A DNA stretch of 48,105 nucleotides from Candidatus Woesearchaeota archaeon (GCA_043813525.1 JBDRKY010000115.1:1-48105); one strand, 5' to 3'. Positions 1-10,456 are shown, counted from the first letter of the stretch. Translations and numbers: made by a program. Notes: a model not told the origin generated them from the letters alone.

Positions 1-114
1 AGGTATAATCACATCAGGCCACACAGGAGTTTACACATGAAAACACCTGCAGAAGTGTATTTTTCATTACAGATAAGAATAAAAGGAGTGGGGTTTAATC
101 AATCAAAGTGGTAG
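1..114 (+). CDS. C-terminal end of an IS481/IS3-type DDE transposase (partial, truncated by the window edge)
   Basis: Frame 1 reads RYNHIRPHRSLHMKTPAEVYFSLQIRIKGVGFNQSKW*. YNxxRPHxSLxxxTPAE is the typical integrase-core C-terminal motif. Not in the ORF track. Confidence 0.85.
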   Translation, partial: RYNHIRPHRSLHMKTPAEVYFSLQIRIKGVGFNQSKW

Positions 115-141
115 GGGTGCAAAAACCATTGACCTTAGACA
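1..141 (+). mobile_element. Right end of an IS481-like insertion sequence
   Basis: The transposase stop is followed by GGGTGCAAAAACCATTGACCTTAGACA ending in ACA at 141; IS481 ends are TGT...ACA. The left end is outside the window, so the inverted repeat cannot be confirmed. Confidence 0.6.
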
Positions 142-265
142 AGACTTTTTACATACTTAAAAACAAAAACATTATAAATAAATAAACAAATAAGATATAA
201 TATTTATAGATAAATATAAGATTAATAAATAATGTGGGAAATATTTACAAAAAGGGTGTAAAGAG

Positions 266-3200
266 TTGATTAGTTTAGATAAGCAAATTAAATTTATTGC
301 TAGTTTTATGATACTTTTAGTTATCAGTTTCCCATTTTATATCAGCAGTGTATATGCGATAGATATTTCAAATGTAAAAGTATATGGAAATGATGGTGTT
401 GAAGGATATACTAAAACAGATGATGACACAGTCAATGTTGAGGTTACATTAAGCAAACCCATAGATACAACAGAGATATTTATCACAAGCAATGTTTTGG
501 GAATCTCTGAAAATATATTCAACAGCTGTGATGATAAAATATGTATATTTGATTACCCTATAAACAATAAAGACTCTAAAGAATATTCTCTTGAGATTAA
601 TGTAAACACTGCTGATGGAGAATCAGCCTCTAAGACACAGAAATTCTGCGCAGACGGCAGTGCGCCAACAGTTGTGATTAAAAGTGTGTCACAGATAGGT
701 AAAGAGCTGATTGTGAAATTCTCTGCATCTGATAAAGCACCTACAAACTGCGCACCAACAATGCTGAATGATGCTACACTATTCATCAATAACGAAATAG
801 TTGGAGATATAACATTTGACGGCGATAAATCAACAGAAGAAAAGTATTTTACAATTACACAAGACCAGCTTGGAAATGAAGCTGATGAAACCAGTGATAA
901 ACAGATATGTATAGAGACAACAGACAAACTTGGAAATGCAGGTAAAAGCTGTTGGGAAAATTCAGTTAAACTTGATTTTTCAGCGCCAGACATACTTGAA
1001 GATACCTTAGTTGTTACAGATATGGATGATAACCCCATAGGATATGTTGCTGGATTAAAAGAAGATGAAGATAAGGATATAACAACAAAGATAAAGATAA
1101 AAATCAATATCTCTGAAGACCAACTAATCCAAAGCAAGACAGCAGGAGATTTCAGCACATTGACAATCAAAGGAAGCCTGAAAAAGAAATATGAAAACAT
1201 GAAACCAGAATGCACAAAAGATAAAACACAAAATGTGTATGAATGTGTCTGGAGCGGTATAGAACTGGACAGCAAAGTAGCTGTTTTTAATGTCAAATTC
1301 ACTGCAGTAGACAATGCAAACAACAAAGACAGCTATGAAGCGACACTGCCAATCAAAAGAGTTACAGATAATCCTTTGCTCAATAATATCTGGATTGTCG
1401 GAAAAGAGGACGAAGTTCCTATTTATCTCAGTGGAGCCAGTGGAAAAAATAGTTATGATATAATTGTTCAAATAAGTGATTTAGTTGGCTTTAACAACAA
1501 CAAAAATCTAAGGTTAGAATTGTTTGGGCTGACAGGTCAGACAACACTTGAGAATAACTGCATAGAAACAACAAAAGGCGTATGGGAATGCCCATTTAAT
1601 AATACTAAACCAAATAGCGGAGCAGAAAAAGGAGGCATTTCTGTACAGAGTGATTCTGAAAATGATATTGGCAAATTTATTGATCTTGGTACTGACAAAG
1701 ATATATTAGTCAAGGAAGTTATCATAGACAGCACTCCTCCATCAATCGCAAAGGTATTTAATCCTGTACAAAGTGAAGTAGTTATTGATGGAAAAACAGT
1801 TGAAAAACCAGTAGAATATGGCGGTAGTATATTAATACCAGGTAAAGATGCTGTTGCAGAATCAACTGACTGCCCAACTTACGAAGATTCTTATGACTTG
1901 ACAATATTTGCTTCTGACAATAATCCATTATCAGTCATTGCTGACACATCACCTATATCAAACAATGACATAACAACTGGCCAGTGCACAGAAACAGATT
2001 TTCAAGATTATGATTTTTTAGAATGGGGCAGTGGAGGAAGTGGGAAAAAAGCATTTGAATGCACCTTGTCTGTGAGCAACATAATCCCTATAGATTTGGG
2101 AAAAACCAATAAACAGGAATTTACTATCAACATAACAGATGCTTCTGGAAATACAAAATCAATCAAGCATAGTGTTGGATTGTGTACAAGTGATTATAAC
2201 CAAAAGCCAGATGTGATTAAATCTATATATGTTGATGAAAGCCAAACACCAATACCATCCCTGCATAAGAAAACTTTGCAAAACACAGATATTCCCATCA
2301 TATTAAAACTAAATTATGAATTCAAAAATACTGATGTAACTGTACTTTCTCAGGACATAAGCTGCAATCGTGCAAGTGTGGAATTTCTTGACAGCGAAAA
2401 AGTAGTTAGCGGCTCAAAAAAAGAAATAAGCAAGACAATTGTCTTCACAATGACTAAACAGACTGCAACAACAGATGATCCAAATGTAGAATGGGATGAG
2501 TCAGGTGAGATAACAGACACATCCAATTTAATAAAATGCACAGCAACAATGAGTGTGATGCATAGGAACATGATATATTCGCAGGTAGAGCAGGAAGAGT
2601 TTGAATTAACAGTGCCTCTTGAAGGTGTTATTATGGGCGAAGCAACTGACACCATGAAAAACGCGATAAAGAGCTTGAATGATCAGATTGCAGATGAAAC
2701 ATCTATGTGGGATAATATAGAAAAAGTCATAACTGCTTTAGAGATATTGTGTAATATCGCAGAGTTTCTCGGTGAAATAAATACTATACTCCAGACAGCA
2801 AAAAGCGTGCTATATGGAATTTCATTGGTAATAGAATCAATATACACAGGCAGCGGCACTTCTTTATGGACAGCAGTCTGCTATCCAATGGATAAGATTC
2901 ATTATTACATATCAAAATATATCTGGCCGTCTGGTTCATTACCAATACCATGGAAACCAGGATTTATATTCAAATATATATGTATGTATCTAAACTGCAC
3001 ATTGTTCAGGCCAGAAACATGGGCAGCAGTTGCTGCTGAAGCAGGTGAGATTGGATTGAGAGCAGCAGCCATGGAAATGACAGATGGAATAGATAAGAAA
3101 GCGTATGAAAATGCACAAGCAGAAGCAAATGCAGCAAATAAAGCAGTTAATGATGCTAGAAACAAAAATAATAATCAAGTTCCACAAGAATTAGTCAATA

Positions 3201-4162
3201 AAGCAAACGCAGCTAATGAAAAGCTAGATAAAATGACTTATGGATCTAAAAATCCAAGAAATTACTTTGACCAGGAAGGGACAGTGCAGCCAGCTGATAG
3301 GCCTGTAAAAGATGATAAAGGCAATGTAGTTAAAAATCAAGATGGCACAACAAGGATGGAAACTCCTCATCCTTTGGCACTTTCAGACACTGGAGTAACT
3401 GGAAAAGAGACTTTGGATATGATAAGAGCGCCTTGGAGTGCATGGAATGTGAGAGATGATGAATCTGATAGCTTGCTGTCGATTGATTCAGATTCATTGC
3501 AGGAAGAGATGGAAGCGCAGAAACAAAGTGGATATAAAACCGAATGGCTAAATTTCAATATCAAAAAGATGGAAAAAGCTGTTAAAGATGATTGGGCAAG
3601 CGGTGAGATGATTGATCCTTTCAGAGTGGAATATTTCGCATGGTTCTGTCCAAGAGCTACATTATATAACACCCAGAAAAGAAAACAAATCATATGCGCG
3701 CAGAAGATGTGCCATCTCCAGTCTATAAAATATGGTATGAGCCCTGCAGCATGTGATAAAGCAAGAGATATACATTGGTGCCTTTATGTTGACAGTGCAT
3801 ATTATCATCTGCTTGGTGGTGGAGGTGGATTGTCAGCTGCATGGGGTGAAGTTTTCCTTGATACATTGTTATCACAGCTTGCAGAGATGGCAATAACTTA
3901 TCTTGCAATTGGTTTAGTCGGGTGCTGGCCTTATTTTTCACCATCTGGCTCTGCATCAACAACTTACTGCAGTAGTCTTCAGGGGCAAGGATGGAGAAGC
4001 TCATTATGCGGCCTTGGCATGGCTGCGCTTGGCATAGCTGAACTGCAGGAGTTAGTGTCTGGAATAGGTGATAAATTCAGTGGTATGTTTAGTGGTGGTG
4101 AAGATTTTGAAGCAGACTATTGCACTAAAGCATCTGAACTTGAGTCACAGGTGATTTTATGA
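266..4162 (+). CDS. Large exported protein (cassette gene A1): beta-rich Ig-like repeats plus Cys-rich helical C-terminal domain
   Basis: 1298-aa ORF with signal peptide ending SSVYA, repeated DxxGN and DxxxP motifs, and many paired Cys. Visibly paralogous to 28865-32821. Confidence 0.8.
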   Translation: MISLDKQIKFIASFMILLVISFPFYISSVYAIDISNVKVYGNDGVEGYTKTDDDTVNVEVTLSKPIDTTEIFITSNVLGISENIFNSCDDKICIFDYPINNKDSKEYSLEINVNTADGESASKTQKFCADGSAPTVVIKSVSQIGKELIVKFSASDKAPTNCAPTMLNDATLFINNEIVGDITFDGDKSTEEKYFTITQDQLGNEADETSDKQICIETTDKLGNAGKSCWENSVKLDFSAPDILEDTLVVTDMDDNPIGYVAGLKEDEDKDITTKIKIKINISEDQLIQSKTAGDFSTLTIKGSLKKKYENMKPECTKDKTQNVYECVWSGIELDSKVAVFNVKFTAVDNANNKDSYEATLPIKRVTDNPLLNNIWIVGKEDEVPIYLSGASGKNSYDIIVQISDLVGFNNNKNLRLELFGLTGQTTLENNCIETTKGVWECPFNNTKPNSGAEKGGISVQSDSENDIGKFIDLGTDKDILVKEVIIDSTPPSIAKVFNPVQSEVVIDGKTVEKPVEYGGSILIPGKDAVAESTDCPTYEDSYDLTIFASDNNPLSVIADTSPISNNDITTGQCTETDFQDYDFLEWGSGGSGKKAFECTLSVSNIIPIDLGKTNKQEFTINITDASGNTKSIKHSVGLCTSDYNQKPDVIKSIYVDESQTPIPSLHKKTLQNTDIPIILKLNYEFKNTDVTVLSQDISCNRASVEFLDSEKVVSGSKKEISKTIVFTMTKQTATTDDPNVEWDESGEITDTSNLIKCTATMSVMHRNMIYSQVEQEEFELTVPLEGVIMGEATDTMKNAIKSLNDQIADETSMWDNIEKVITALEILCNIAEFLGEINTILQTAKSVLYGISLVIESIYTGSGTSLWTAVCYPMDKIHYYISKYIWPSGSLPIPWKPGFIFKYICMYLNCTLFRPETWAAVAAEAGEIGLRAAAMEMTDGIDKKAYENAQAEANAANKAVNDARNKNNNQVPQELVNKANAANEKLDKMTYGSKNPRNYFDQEGTVQPADRPVKDDKGNVVKNQDGTTRMETPHPLALSDTGVTGKETLDMIRAPWSAWNVRDDESDSLLSIDSDSLQEEMEAQKQSGYKTEWLNFNIKKMEKAVKDDWASGEMIDPFRVEYFAWFCPRATLYNTQKRKQIICAQKMCHLQSIKYGMSPAACDKARDIHWCLYVDSAYYHLLGGGGGLSAAWGEVFLDTLLSQLAEMAITYLAIGLVGCWPYFSPSGSASTTYCSSLQGQGWRSSLCGLGMAALGIAELQELVSGIGDKFSGMFSGGEDFEADYCTKASELESQVIL

Positions 4163-4818
4163 TAGCAGAATATAAAAAAAGCAAGCTTACAAGAACTTTA
4201 AGAACAATTTGGTTTAATAAATTCATCAAAAAGATTACAATATTATGCTTATGCCTGCTCATATTTAATTTGTCTTTCATCAATACTAATTCACAATCTT
4301 TGGATTATGATGAGAATGGCATAGATGATCTAAGAGAGACAGGATGGTTTATTTATCCATTACTACCGCAGTTTTATGCAGTGGCAGATTGGGAAGTTGC
4401 TGCATGCCTGCATTATAGTGGAGGAGAACAGTTAGAGCCAAAGAATATTGCATCTGCCTTAGGAGCTTCAATGCAGAAAGCATATCCAGGACAGATAAAT
4501 TCAATAAGCGCTTCAATGACAAAAGATTATCCTGATCCTGATGACCCTTACAAACTTACAAATATGTATCAGGTCTGCTGGGCTGTTCTTCCTGTAGGTG
4601 AGACAAGCATGAAATTCAGTGTTTATCTTAATGATGGAAAGAACCTGAAATATGAAGTAGCAAAAGATAAAAGCGCTCAACCGTATGTAGGCAATGGTGG
4701 ATGCGAAATAATATATTCAAAAGATAAATACACTAAAGCATATATTATCATACCAGGCCCAATACTATTGCCGCCTGCGAATGTTATGGATATTGTTGAT
4801 AAGAAAGAAGTGACATGA
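4159..4818 (+). CDS. Exported/membrane-anchored hypothetical protein (cassette gene B1)
   Basis: ATGA overlap with the A1 stop; N-terminal hydrophobic segment; resembles the C-terminal ~200 aa of 22988-27682. Confidence 0.75.
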   Translation: MIAEYKKSKLTRTLRTIWFNKFIKKITILCLCLLIFNLSFINTNSQSLDYDENGIDDLRETGWFIYPLLPQFYAVADWEVAACLHYSGGEQLEPKNIASALGASMQKAYPGQINSISASMTKDYPDPDDPYKLTNMYQVCWAVLPVGETSMKFSVYLNDGKNLKYEVAKDKSAQPYVGNGGCEIIYSKDKYTKAYIIIPGPILLPPANVMDIVDKKEVT

Positions 4819-4829
4819 TTAAAGTTAAA

Positions 4830-5038
4830 AAATCCCAAATCCCAAACCCCAAATCCCAAATCCCAAATCCCAAATCCCAAATCCCAAATCCCAAATCCCA
4901 AATCCCAAATCCCAAACCCCAAATCCCAAATCCCAAACCCCAAATCCCAAAAAGGAGCTACGCCCTATATTATTTTTGTTTTTGGGATTTGTTTTTGTTG
5001 GGATTTGTTTTTGTTGGGATTTGTTTTTGTTGGGATTT
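4830..5038 (+). repeat. Inverted heptamer-array element, copy 1: 17 x AAA(T/C)CCC, a 29-nt core, then 4 x GGGATTT at 16-nt period
   Basis: Counted directly: heptamers 4830-4948, core AAAAAGGAGCTACGCCCTATATTATTTTT 4949-4977, GGGATTT at 4984, 5000, 5016 and 5032. Confidence 0.95.
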
Positions 5039-5070
5039 ACTGCTGTAGGCAGTTAAGATTAAATAATAAA

Positions 5071-5976
5071 ATGGAATCAAAAACATCAAATATGATTAAA
5101 AAAATCAAGAAAAACAATTTTGTACCTGATTATATCAGAAATTATGCTAAAGATTATGTTAAATCAATCAATGTGTTCAGGAGTTATAAATGGAAAATAT
5201 TATGGATACTTTTGATTGACATATCATACCTATTCTTGTTTTATCTGATTGCTGCATTAGTTGTCGGCAGTGTTATGAATACATATATTGATGATGTTCT
5301 TCCATTTGCAGAGAAAGTAGGCCAGTTAAAAAACATGGATATGAATAATAAATATTTAGATGAGATGAAAAAAGTTTCGCAAGAGCTGAAGGATATGTTT
5401 TCAAGTGATGATATGATATCAATAATATTCAAAGTTAGCAGTAGATTCATAGGCAAGATGCTGTTAGGTATATTTGTCCTTATATTGTTTGCATCAGCAG
5501 TAAAAGCACTTATCTGGAGCATCATAAGAAGCTCATTCAAAAGAGCTCATAGATTTGTGTTGTACAATGCTATTTGGATAGTTATGTGCCTATTATTTTT
5601 AGTGTTTGGAACAATCCTGATAAAACAAGATGTCATGATAAGATTATCATTGTTCTTATTCATCGCATACAGCTACTTATCAACAATATTAAAGATAAGA
5701 TACAATGATGAAAAGCCTTTGTTCAGGCAGATATGGACAAATATAACATTTGCAGTGAAATATTTTATACATTACCTTCCAATATATATTGCAGTGATTA
5801 CAACATCAACAATTATAATTATAATTATCTATACATTATTTCATATTTTATTACCTAATATCCTGCCAATGGCAGTAGGAAATCTGATATTAAGCCTGAT
5901 TATCTACATTGCCTTATTGATATTTATCAATTGGGGAAGGATATATATGTATGAAAAGACGAGGAAAACAGCTTGA
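5071..5976 (+). CDS. Multi-pass membrane protein (cassette gene C1); start uncertain
   Basis: About 6 hydrophobic segments; paralog of 21005-21832. The track start (TTG 5005) lies inside the repeat, so ATG 5071 or 5092 is more plausible. Confidence 0.75.
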   Translation: MESKTSNMIKKIKKNNFVPDYIRNYAKDYVKSINVFRSYKWKILWILLIDISYLFLFYLIAALVVGSVMNTYIDDVLPFAEKVGQLKNMDMNNKYLDEMKKVSQELKDMFSSDDMISIIFKVSSRFIGKMLLGIFVLILFASAVKALIWSIIRSSFKRAHRFVLYNAIWIVMCLLFLVFGTILIKQDVMIRLSLFLFIAYSYLSTILKIRYNDEKPLFRQIWTNITFAVKYFIHYLPIYIAVITTSTIIIIIIYTLFHILLPNILPMAVGNLILSLIIYIALLIFINWGRIYMYEKTRKTA

Positions 5977-8495
5977 AAAAAACAGATTCCATAAACAAAA
6001 GATTACAGAAAAAATCACAGGTCACAGTATTCATCATAATTGGTATAGTGATATTGCTCGCAGTAGGTGCTTTTATTTATATGAAATCCATCACCACAAA
6101 ATCAGGCAGCTCATTATCATTGATACAGGAAGAATCACCTAGAGAATTCAAGCCAATACAAAGCTTTATCACACAATGCCTTAAGGAAGTATCTGAAGAA
6201 GCAATAAGAAAGATAGGAATAGGAGGAGGACATATTGATTTAACTGACCCTTTGTACAGCACAGTAAGCTACAATCTTGATAAACAAAATCCTACTGAAA
6301 GCGATGGCATTATTGTCAGTGATGACCAAAAACTATTGTACTGGAATTATATGTCATCAGGAAATGGCTGTTCTTATAATGGATGTTATGTCAACTTTGA
6401 AGTGCCTGTATTTGATGAGATGAATGTTGAGATTGAGACTTATGTCAATAATAATGTTGAAGCATGCTTTAATAAGTTCACTGCATTTGAAAAAGATGGT
6501 ACAAAGATTACACCATTATCTGATTTTCCTGAAACTACAGTTGATATTGCTAAGAAAGATGTTGTTGTTCAGCTAAAATATCCGATTGATATAAAAAAAG
6601 GCTCATTAAACCACAGATTAGAGTATTATAACATTATACATCCAGTCAATCTAAGAGGGTTTTATGATACTGCTTTTACTATTGCGAATGCAGAGGCAAG
6701 AAACAGGTTCCTTGAGAAAGGAATTCTTTATGTGATGTCATTTTACCGAACAATGGACCCTGAAAAACTACCACCATTGATTGCCTCAAGCTATAAGCCG
6801 GAAAAGATTAAATGGTCAAAAACAGCTGTGAAAACAAAGATACAGGATCTGATAAAAGCTTATACGCCTTTGTTCAAGGTTGAGAACACAAAAAATGGAG
6901 ATAAGATAACATCAGATAAGATTATTGATGATAACATCTACAATTATCTATATCTCAAAAATAGTTATGAATTTCTTAAAGATTATGATATCAGATTCTA
7001 TTATCTTGACTGGCCTCTTTATGTTGATGTTACTCCAAGCAAAGGTGATGAGATATCTCCAGATATGGCAGACCATAATGTTGCAGACCAGATGACAGTA
7101 ACAACAAATAATTACAGATTCATGTATGATATTGCAGCACCTATATTGGTAGAGATCAAGAATAAAGATGATTATGACGGCAAAGGATACAGTTTCTTTT
7201 TTGCTTTAGAAGCTAATATAAAAAATAATTATGATATTTATACACATATGACATATGCAAGCCCAAAACTGCCAGATGATCTGTTTGAGGTTGAGCATCC
7301 TGAAGCTCTCAACAAAGAAAAAAAGATTATGACTGATAATGGAGATGAGATAACAATAGGTCCTGCAGAAAAACTTCCAAATGATCATATTTTCTGTGAA
7401 GATGAACAAAGAGAGGGGCCTAAGATTGATTTCATAATCCAGGAAGATAAGACAAACAAGCCCATAGAGACAGCAAATATATTTCTCATCTGCGGGCCTT
7501 TTTTCCAGTGCAGAATTGGACAGACAGACGCAGACGGCAAAGCAGCAGGTAAACTGCCATACTGCAATGGGGGCGCAATAAAAGTAGAACATAAAGATTA
7601 TCACACTGCATTAAGGCCTTTTGATGAATCAATACCTAACATGGCGCCAGACAAAATAGTTATGAAACTTTCAAAGCCAATCACTAAAAAATTTGTGATG
7701 AGAGTATTGAATTATGAAGACCTGATAAATGTTCCAGACACTATGCTGAAGAACAGCCAGTTCAAACAATTCAGAAAACAATTCAAAGATACATTTGCTT
7801 ATGAAGAATTTGGCAAAAATGTCACAATCACTGCAATGTTTACAAGAATATCTGAAAATGCATACACACCAGATTTTACCAGAGTAGCAAAGATAAACCT
7901 GCTGAGCTCAAAGATGGAAAGTGAGATTGAATTAGTTCCTGCAGATGTGCCATCAGGTTATAATGTAGAAATAATGTATATCAATCATTCAGTGCATATC
8001 ATGCCGTATGAAGATGATGATAATTATTATAATAAAAAAGATGAAGAAACAGGCAAAGAAGTCCATGTAACATCTGAAAAAGTGGATAATACAATGCCAG
8101 GCGCTGCAAGATTAAATGCAGATGATAATTATCCATGGAACATTAATTATAATGATCTTTTGGATCCAGATAAAGATGTAATCATATTTTATATCATAAA
8201 GATGAAGATGCCAGAATATGCTGAAGGAATCAAATATATAGCTGATGCGCCTAAACATTCAAAGAAATACAGATGGTTTATCCAACCAGAGCTGATATCA
8301 TCAAAAGACCTGAAGCCTGCGTTTAAAGGTGGAACAGGAGGTTTACCTTTGGAATCAGGAAATTCAGGCAGTTCTGGCGGAGCTACTGATAGTGATGGCA
8401 CAGAAGGAAATAGTGGAGAAAGCGAAGAAGCACAAAAACAAGAAAAAATTGAGAAATTAATGAAACAGGCATTAGAACAGGGGCAGGTAAAATAA
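5973..8495 (+). CDS. Class III (prepilin-type) signal peptide protein, long form (cassette gene D1)
   Basis: KKSQ-VTVFIIIGIVILL leader; family motif PIQSFITQCL...IGIGGGHI; full-length similarity to 32859-35123; start overlaps the C1 stop. Confidence 0.8.
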   Translation: MKKTDSINKRLQKKSQVTVFIIIGIVILLAVGAFIYMKSITTKSGSSLSLIQEESPREFKPIQSFITQCLKEVSEEAIRKIGIGGGHIDLTDPLYSTVSYNLDKQNPTESDGIIVSDDQKLLYWNYMSSGNGCSYNGCYVNFEVPVFDEMNVEIETYVNNNVEACFNKFTAFEKDGTKITPLSDFPETTVDIAKKDVVVQLKYPIDIKKGSLNHRLEYYNIIHPVNLRGFYDTAFTIANAEARNRFLEKGILYVMSFYRTMDPEKLPPLIASSYKPEKIKWSKTAVKTKIQDLIKAYTPLFKVENTKNGDKITSDKIIDDNIYNYLYLKNSYEFLKDYDIRFYYLDWPLYVDVTPSKGDEISPDMADHNVADQMTVTTNNYRFMYDIAAPILVEIKNKDDYDGKGYSFFFALEANIKNNYDIYTHMTYASPKLPDDLFEVEHPEALNKEKKIMTDNGDEITIGPAEKLPNDHIFCEDEQREGPKIDFIIQEDKTNKPIETANIFLICGPFFQCRIGQTDADGKAAGKLPYCNGGAIKVEHKDYHTALRPFDESIPNMAPDKIVMKLSKPITKKFVMRVLNYEDLINVPDTMLKNSQFKQFRKQFKDTFAYEEFGKNVTITAMFTRISENAYTPDFTRVAKINLLSSKMESEIELVPADVPSGYNVEIMYINHSVHIMPYEDDDNYYNKKDEETGKEVHVTSEKVDNTMPGAARLNADDNYPWNINYNDLLDPDKDVIIFYIIKMKMPEYAEGIKYIADAPKHSKKYRWFIQPELISSKDLKPAFKGGTGGLPLESGNSGSSGGATDSDGTEGNSGESEEAQKQEKIEKLMKQALEQGQVK

Positions 8496-8521
8496 TCTTT
8501 GAATAAATAATATGCAGCAAA

Positions 8522-10456
8522 ATGGTAAATGAAACATTAGTCAAATTCATCAATGAGCATGTTAGCCAAGGCTATACTATGCCTGAGATAAAGGAATATC
8601 TTATCAAGTATGGTTTCAAGGCAAAAGATATTGATGAATCTATTGATTATTTTTACCAAAAACAACAAAATGCACAAGGTTACCAGCAAAATGCACAAGG
8701 ATATCATCAGAAATCACAACCTAATCAGCAGCTTGTGAGATATGTCCATGATAATCTTGCAAAAGGATATACTATAGAACAGATCAGAAATTATCTTCTG
8801 CAATATGGATATGATCATGGATTGATTGAACAGGCAATACAGGCAGCAGAGCCGCAGCAAAAACATGTAAGGCATATTATTGAGATACATCCTAAAACAA
8901 TCGCACATATCTTTGTCATCCTTTTGCTTATTGGTGGGATTTTAGGTGGTGGATATTTTCTAATCGGATTATTTGGCGACAATGGTACACCAGAATTATT
9001 AGATTATGCAATCCAAATAGATAATACAGATATTAAACCAAGTGAAAAGCTTTATTTTGTAAATAAAATAACTAATATGGGTGACAAAAGAAGATATGAC
9101 ATATTCATAGAATTCAGGATAATCAACAAAGAGAGCCTGGAAGAACTGACATCATGGAGCAAAACTTTTGCAATAGATGTGGTTGTAGACAAACCAGAAT
9201 CAGTACTGATCCCTCCAAATGCAGCACCTGGGAAATACACATTACATGGTACTGTTTATTATGGAGATATAACAAACAAAGCTTCCAATACATTCAAAGT
9301 TCTTTCAACAGGTACAACAGAGAGCTGTTTTGATGGCATAATAAATCAGGATGAAGAAGGTAAAGACTGCGGCGGGAAATGCCAGCCATGTGAATCATGT
9401 TATGATGGAAAGCAGAACCAAAATGAAGAAGGTGTTGATTGCGGTGGAGTCTGCAAGAATTGTGAGACATGCTATGACAATAAGAAAAATCAGGATGAAG
9501 AGGAGATAGATTGTGGCGGCATCTGCAATATACCATGTAAAGAAGAGAAAAAAGAAGACGAACAGGAGGTAAAAGAACAGAATGTTATAGATGAGCAGGA
9601 TAAAGAATATGAAACTAATGCTGATGGTGAAAAACAAAGCACTGTTGAACAGCTTGTGTCTGCGAAAGAGATGGCTGGAGCAAACCCTGACAAAGCAGTG
9701 CAGTTATGCAAAGAAATTTCTATCTCTTCTTTAAAAGACAGCTGCATAACAGATGTCGCTAAAAAAAGCGAACAATCAAAATATTGCGCAGAGATTGAGA
9801 TTGACAAAAAAAGAGATCCTTGTTATATGTATTTTGTAACAAATAAAAAAGATTATTTATTATGTGGCAAGATCACAAATGACCTGTATAAAGACAGCTG
9901 TCTTAACCTTAAAAAACTGTCTGTATTACAGGATACTTATGGGGTTGGAGAAGAAAAAAGCAAGACAGCAGCATCTACGCAGATCTCACAATCCACACAG
10001 CAGCCAACAACACAGACAGGACAACAACAATTACAGTCTCCTGAATTGATTCAGCAACCACAGACACAGCCTGCCCAACAACCTGAACAACCAAATCAAC
10101 AGCAACCTAATGAACTAACTCAACAGCAACCTAATGAACCAAATCAACAGCCTTCACAGCTTATACAACAACAGCCACAGCAGGTAATATTCAGCAATAT
10201 CAATTCAATCAAATTAGGCTTTACTAAATTTAAGATAACATGGGTCACAAATATTCCAGTCAAAAGCATAATCAAATATGGAAATTATCAAAGTCTTTTA
10301 GGCAATACAGCATATGATGCAAAGGAAGTGACACAGCATGAGCTGATCCTTGATGAACTCAAGCCAAAAAGAACATATTATTATCAACCTGTCAGTATGG
10401 ATGCACAAGGTAATGTACAGGGTGGTGAAGTCATGAGTTTTGAGACAAAAATATGA
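8522..10456 (+). CDS. Modular single-pass membrane/surface protein (cassette gene E1)
   Basis: Two N-terminal GYTxxxIxxYLxxYG repeats, a TM helix, an Ig/CARDB-like block, 3 x CxDxxxNQxEExxDCGGxC, 3 x CxxIxxxxxxDxC, a Gln-rich linker and an FN3-like C-terminus (KITWVTN...LKPKRTYYY). Confidence 0.8.
   Translation: MVNETLVKFINEHVSQGYTMPEIKEYLIKYGFKAKDIDESIDYFYQKQQNAQGYQQNAQGYHQKSQPNQQLVRYVHDNLAKGYTIEQIRNYLLQYGYDHGLIEQAIQAAEPQQKHVRHIIEIHPKTIAHIFVILLLIGGILGGGYFLIGLFGDNGTPELLDYAIQIDNTDIKPSEKLYFVNKITNMGDKRRYDIFIEFRIINKESLEELTSWSKTFAIDVVVDKPESVLIPPNAAPGKYTLHGTVYYGDITNKASNTFKVLSTGTTESCFDGIINQDEEGKDCGGKCQPCESCYDGKQNQNEEGVDCGGVCKNCETCYDNKKNQDEEEIDCGGICNIPCKEEKKEDEQEVKEQNVIDEQDKEYETNADGEKQSTVEQLVSAKEMAGANPDKAVQLCKEISISSLKDSCITDVAKKSEQSKYCAEIEIDKKRDPCYMYFVTNKKDYLLCGKITNDLYKDSCLNLKKLSVLQDTYGVGEEKSKTAASTQISQSTQQPTTQTGQQQLQSPELIQQPQTQPAQQPEQPNQQQPNELTQQQPNEPNQQPSQLIQQQPQQVIFSNINSIKLGFTKFKITWVTNIPVKSIIKYGNYQSLLGNTAYDAKEVTQHELILDELKPKRTYYYQPVSMDAQGNVQGGEVMSFETKI

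Noticed and set aside
4677-4943. Minus-strand ORF of GFGIWDL repeats (and the similar 35141-35410 and 35172-35480)
   Set aside because: These frames are open only because the heptamer arrays contain no stop codons; there is no independent coding evidence.
4830-5038. Heptamer and 16-mer arrays as a CRISPR array
   Set aside because: The units are contiguous with no unique spacers.
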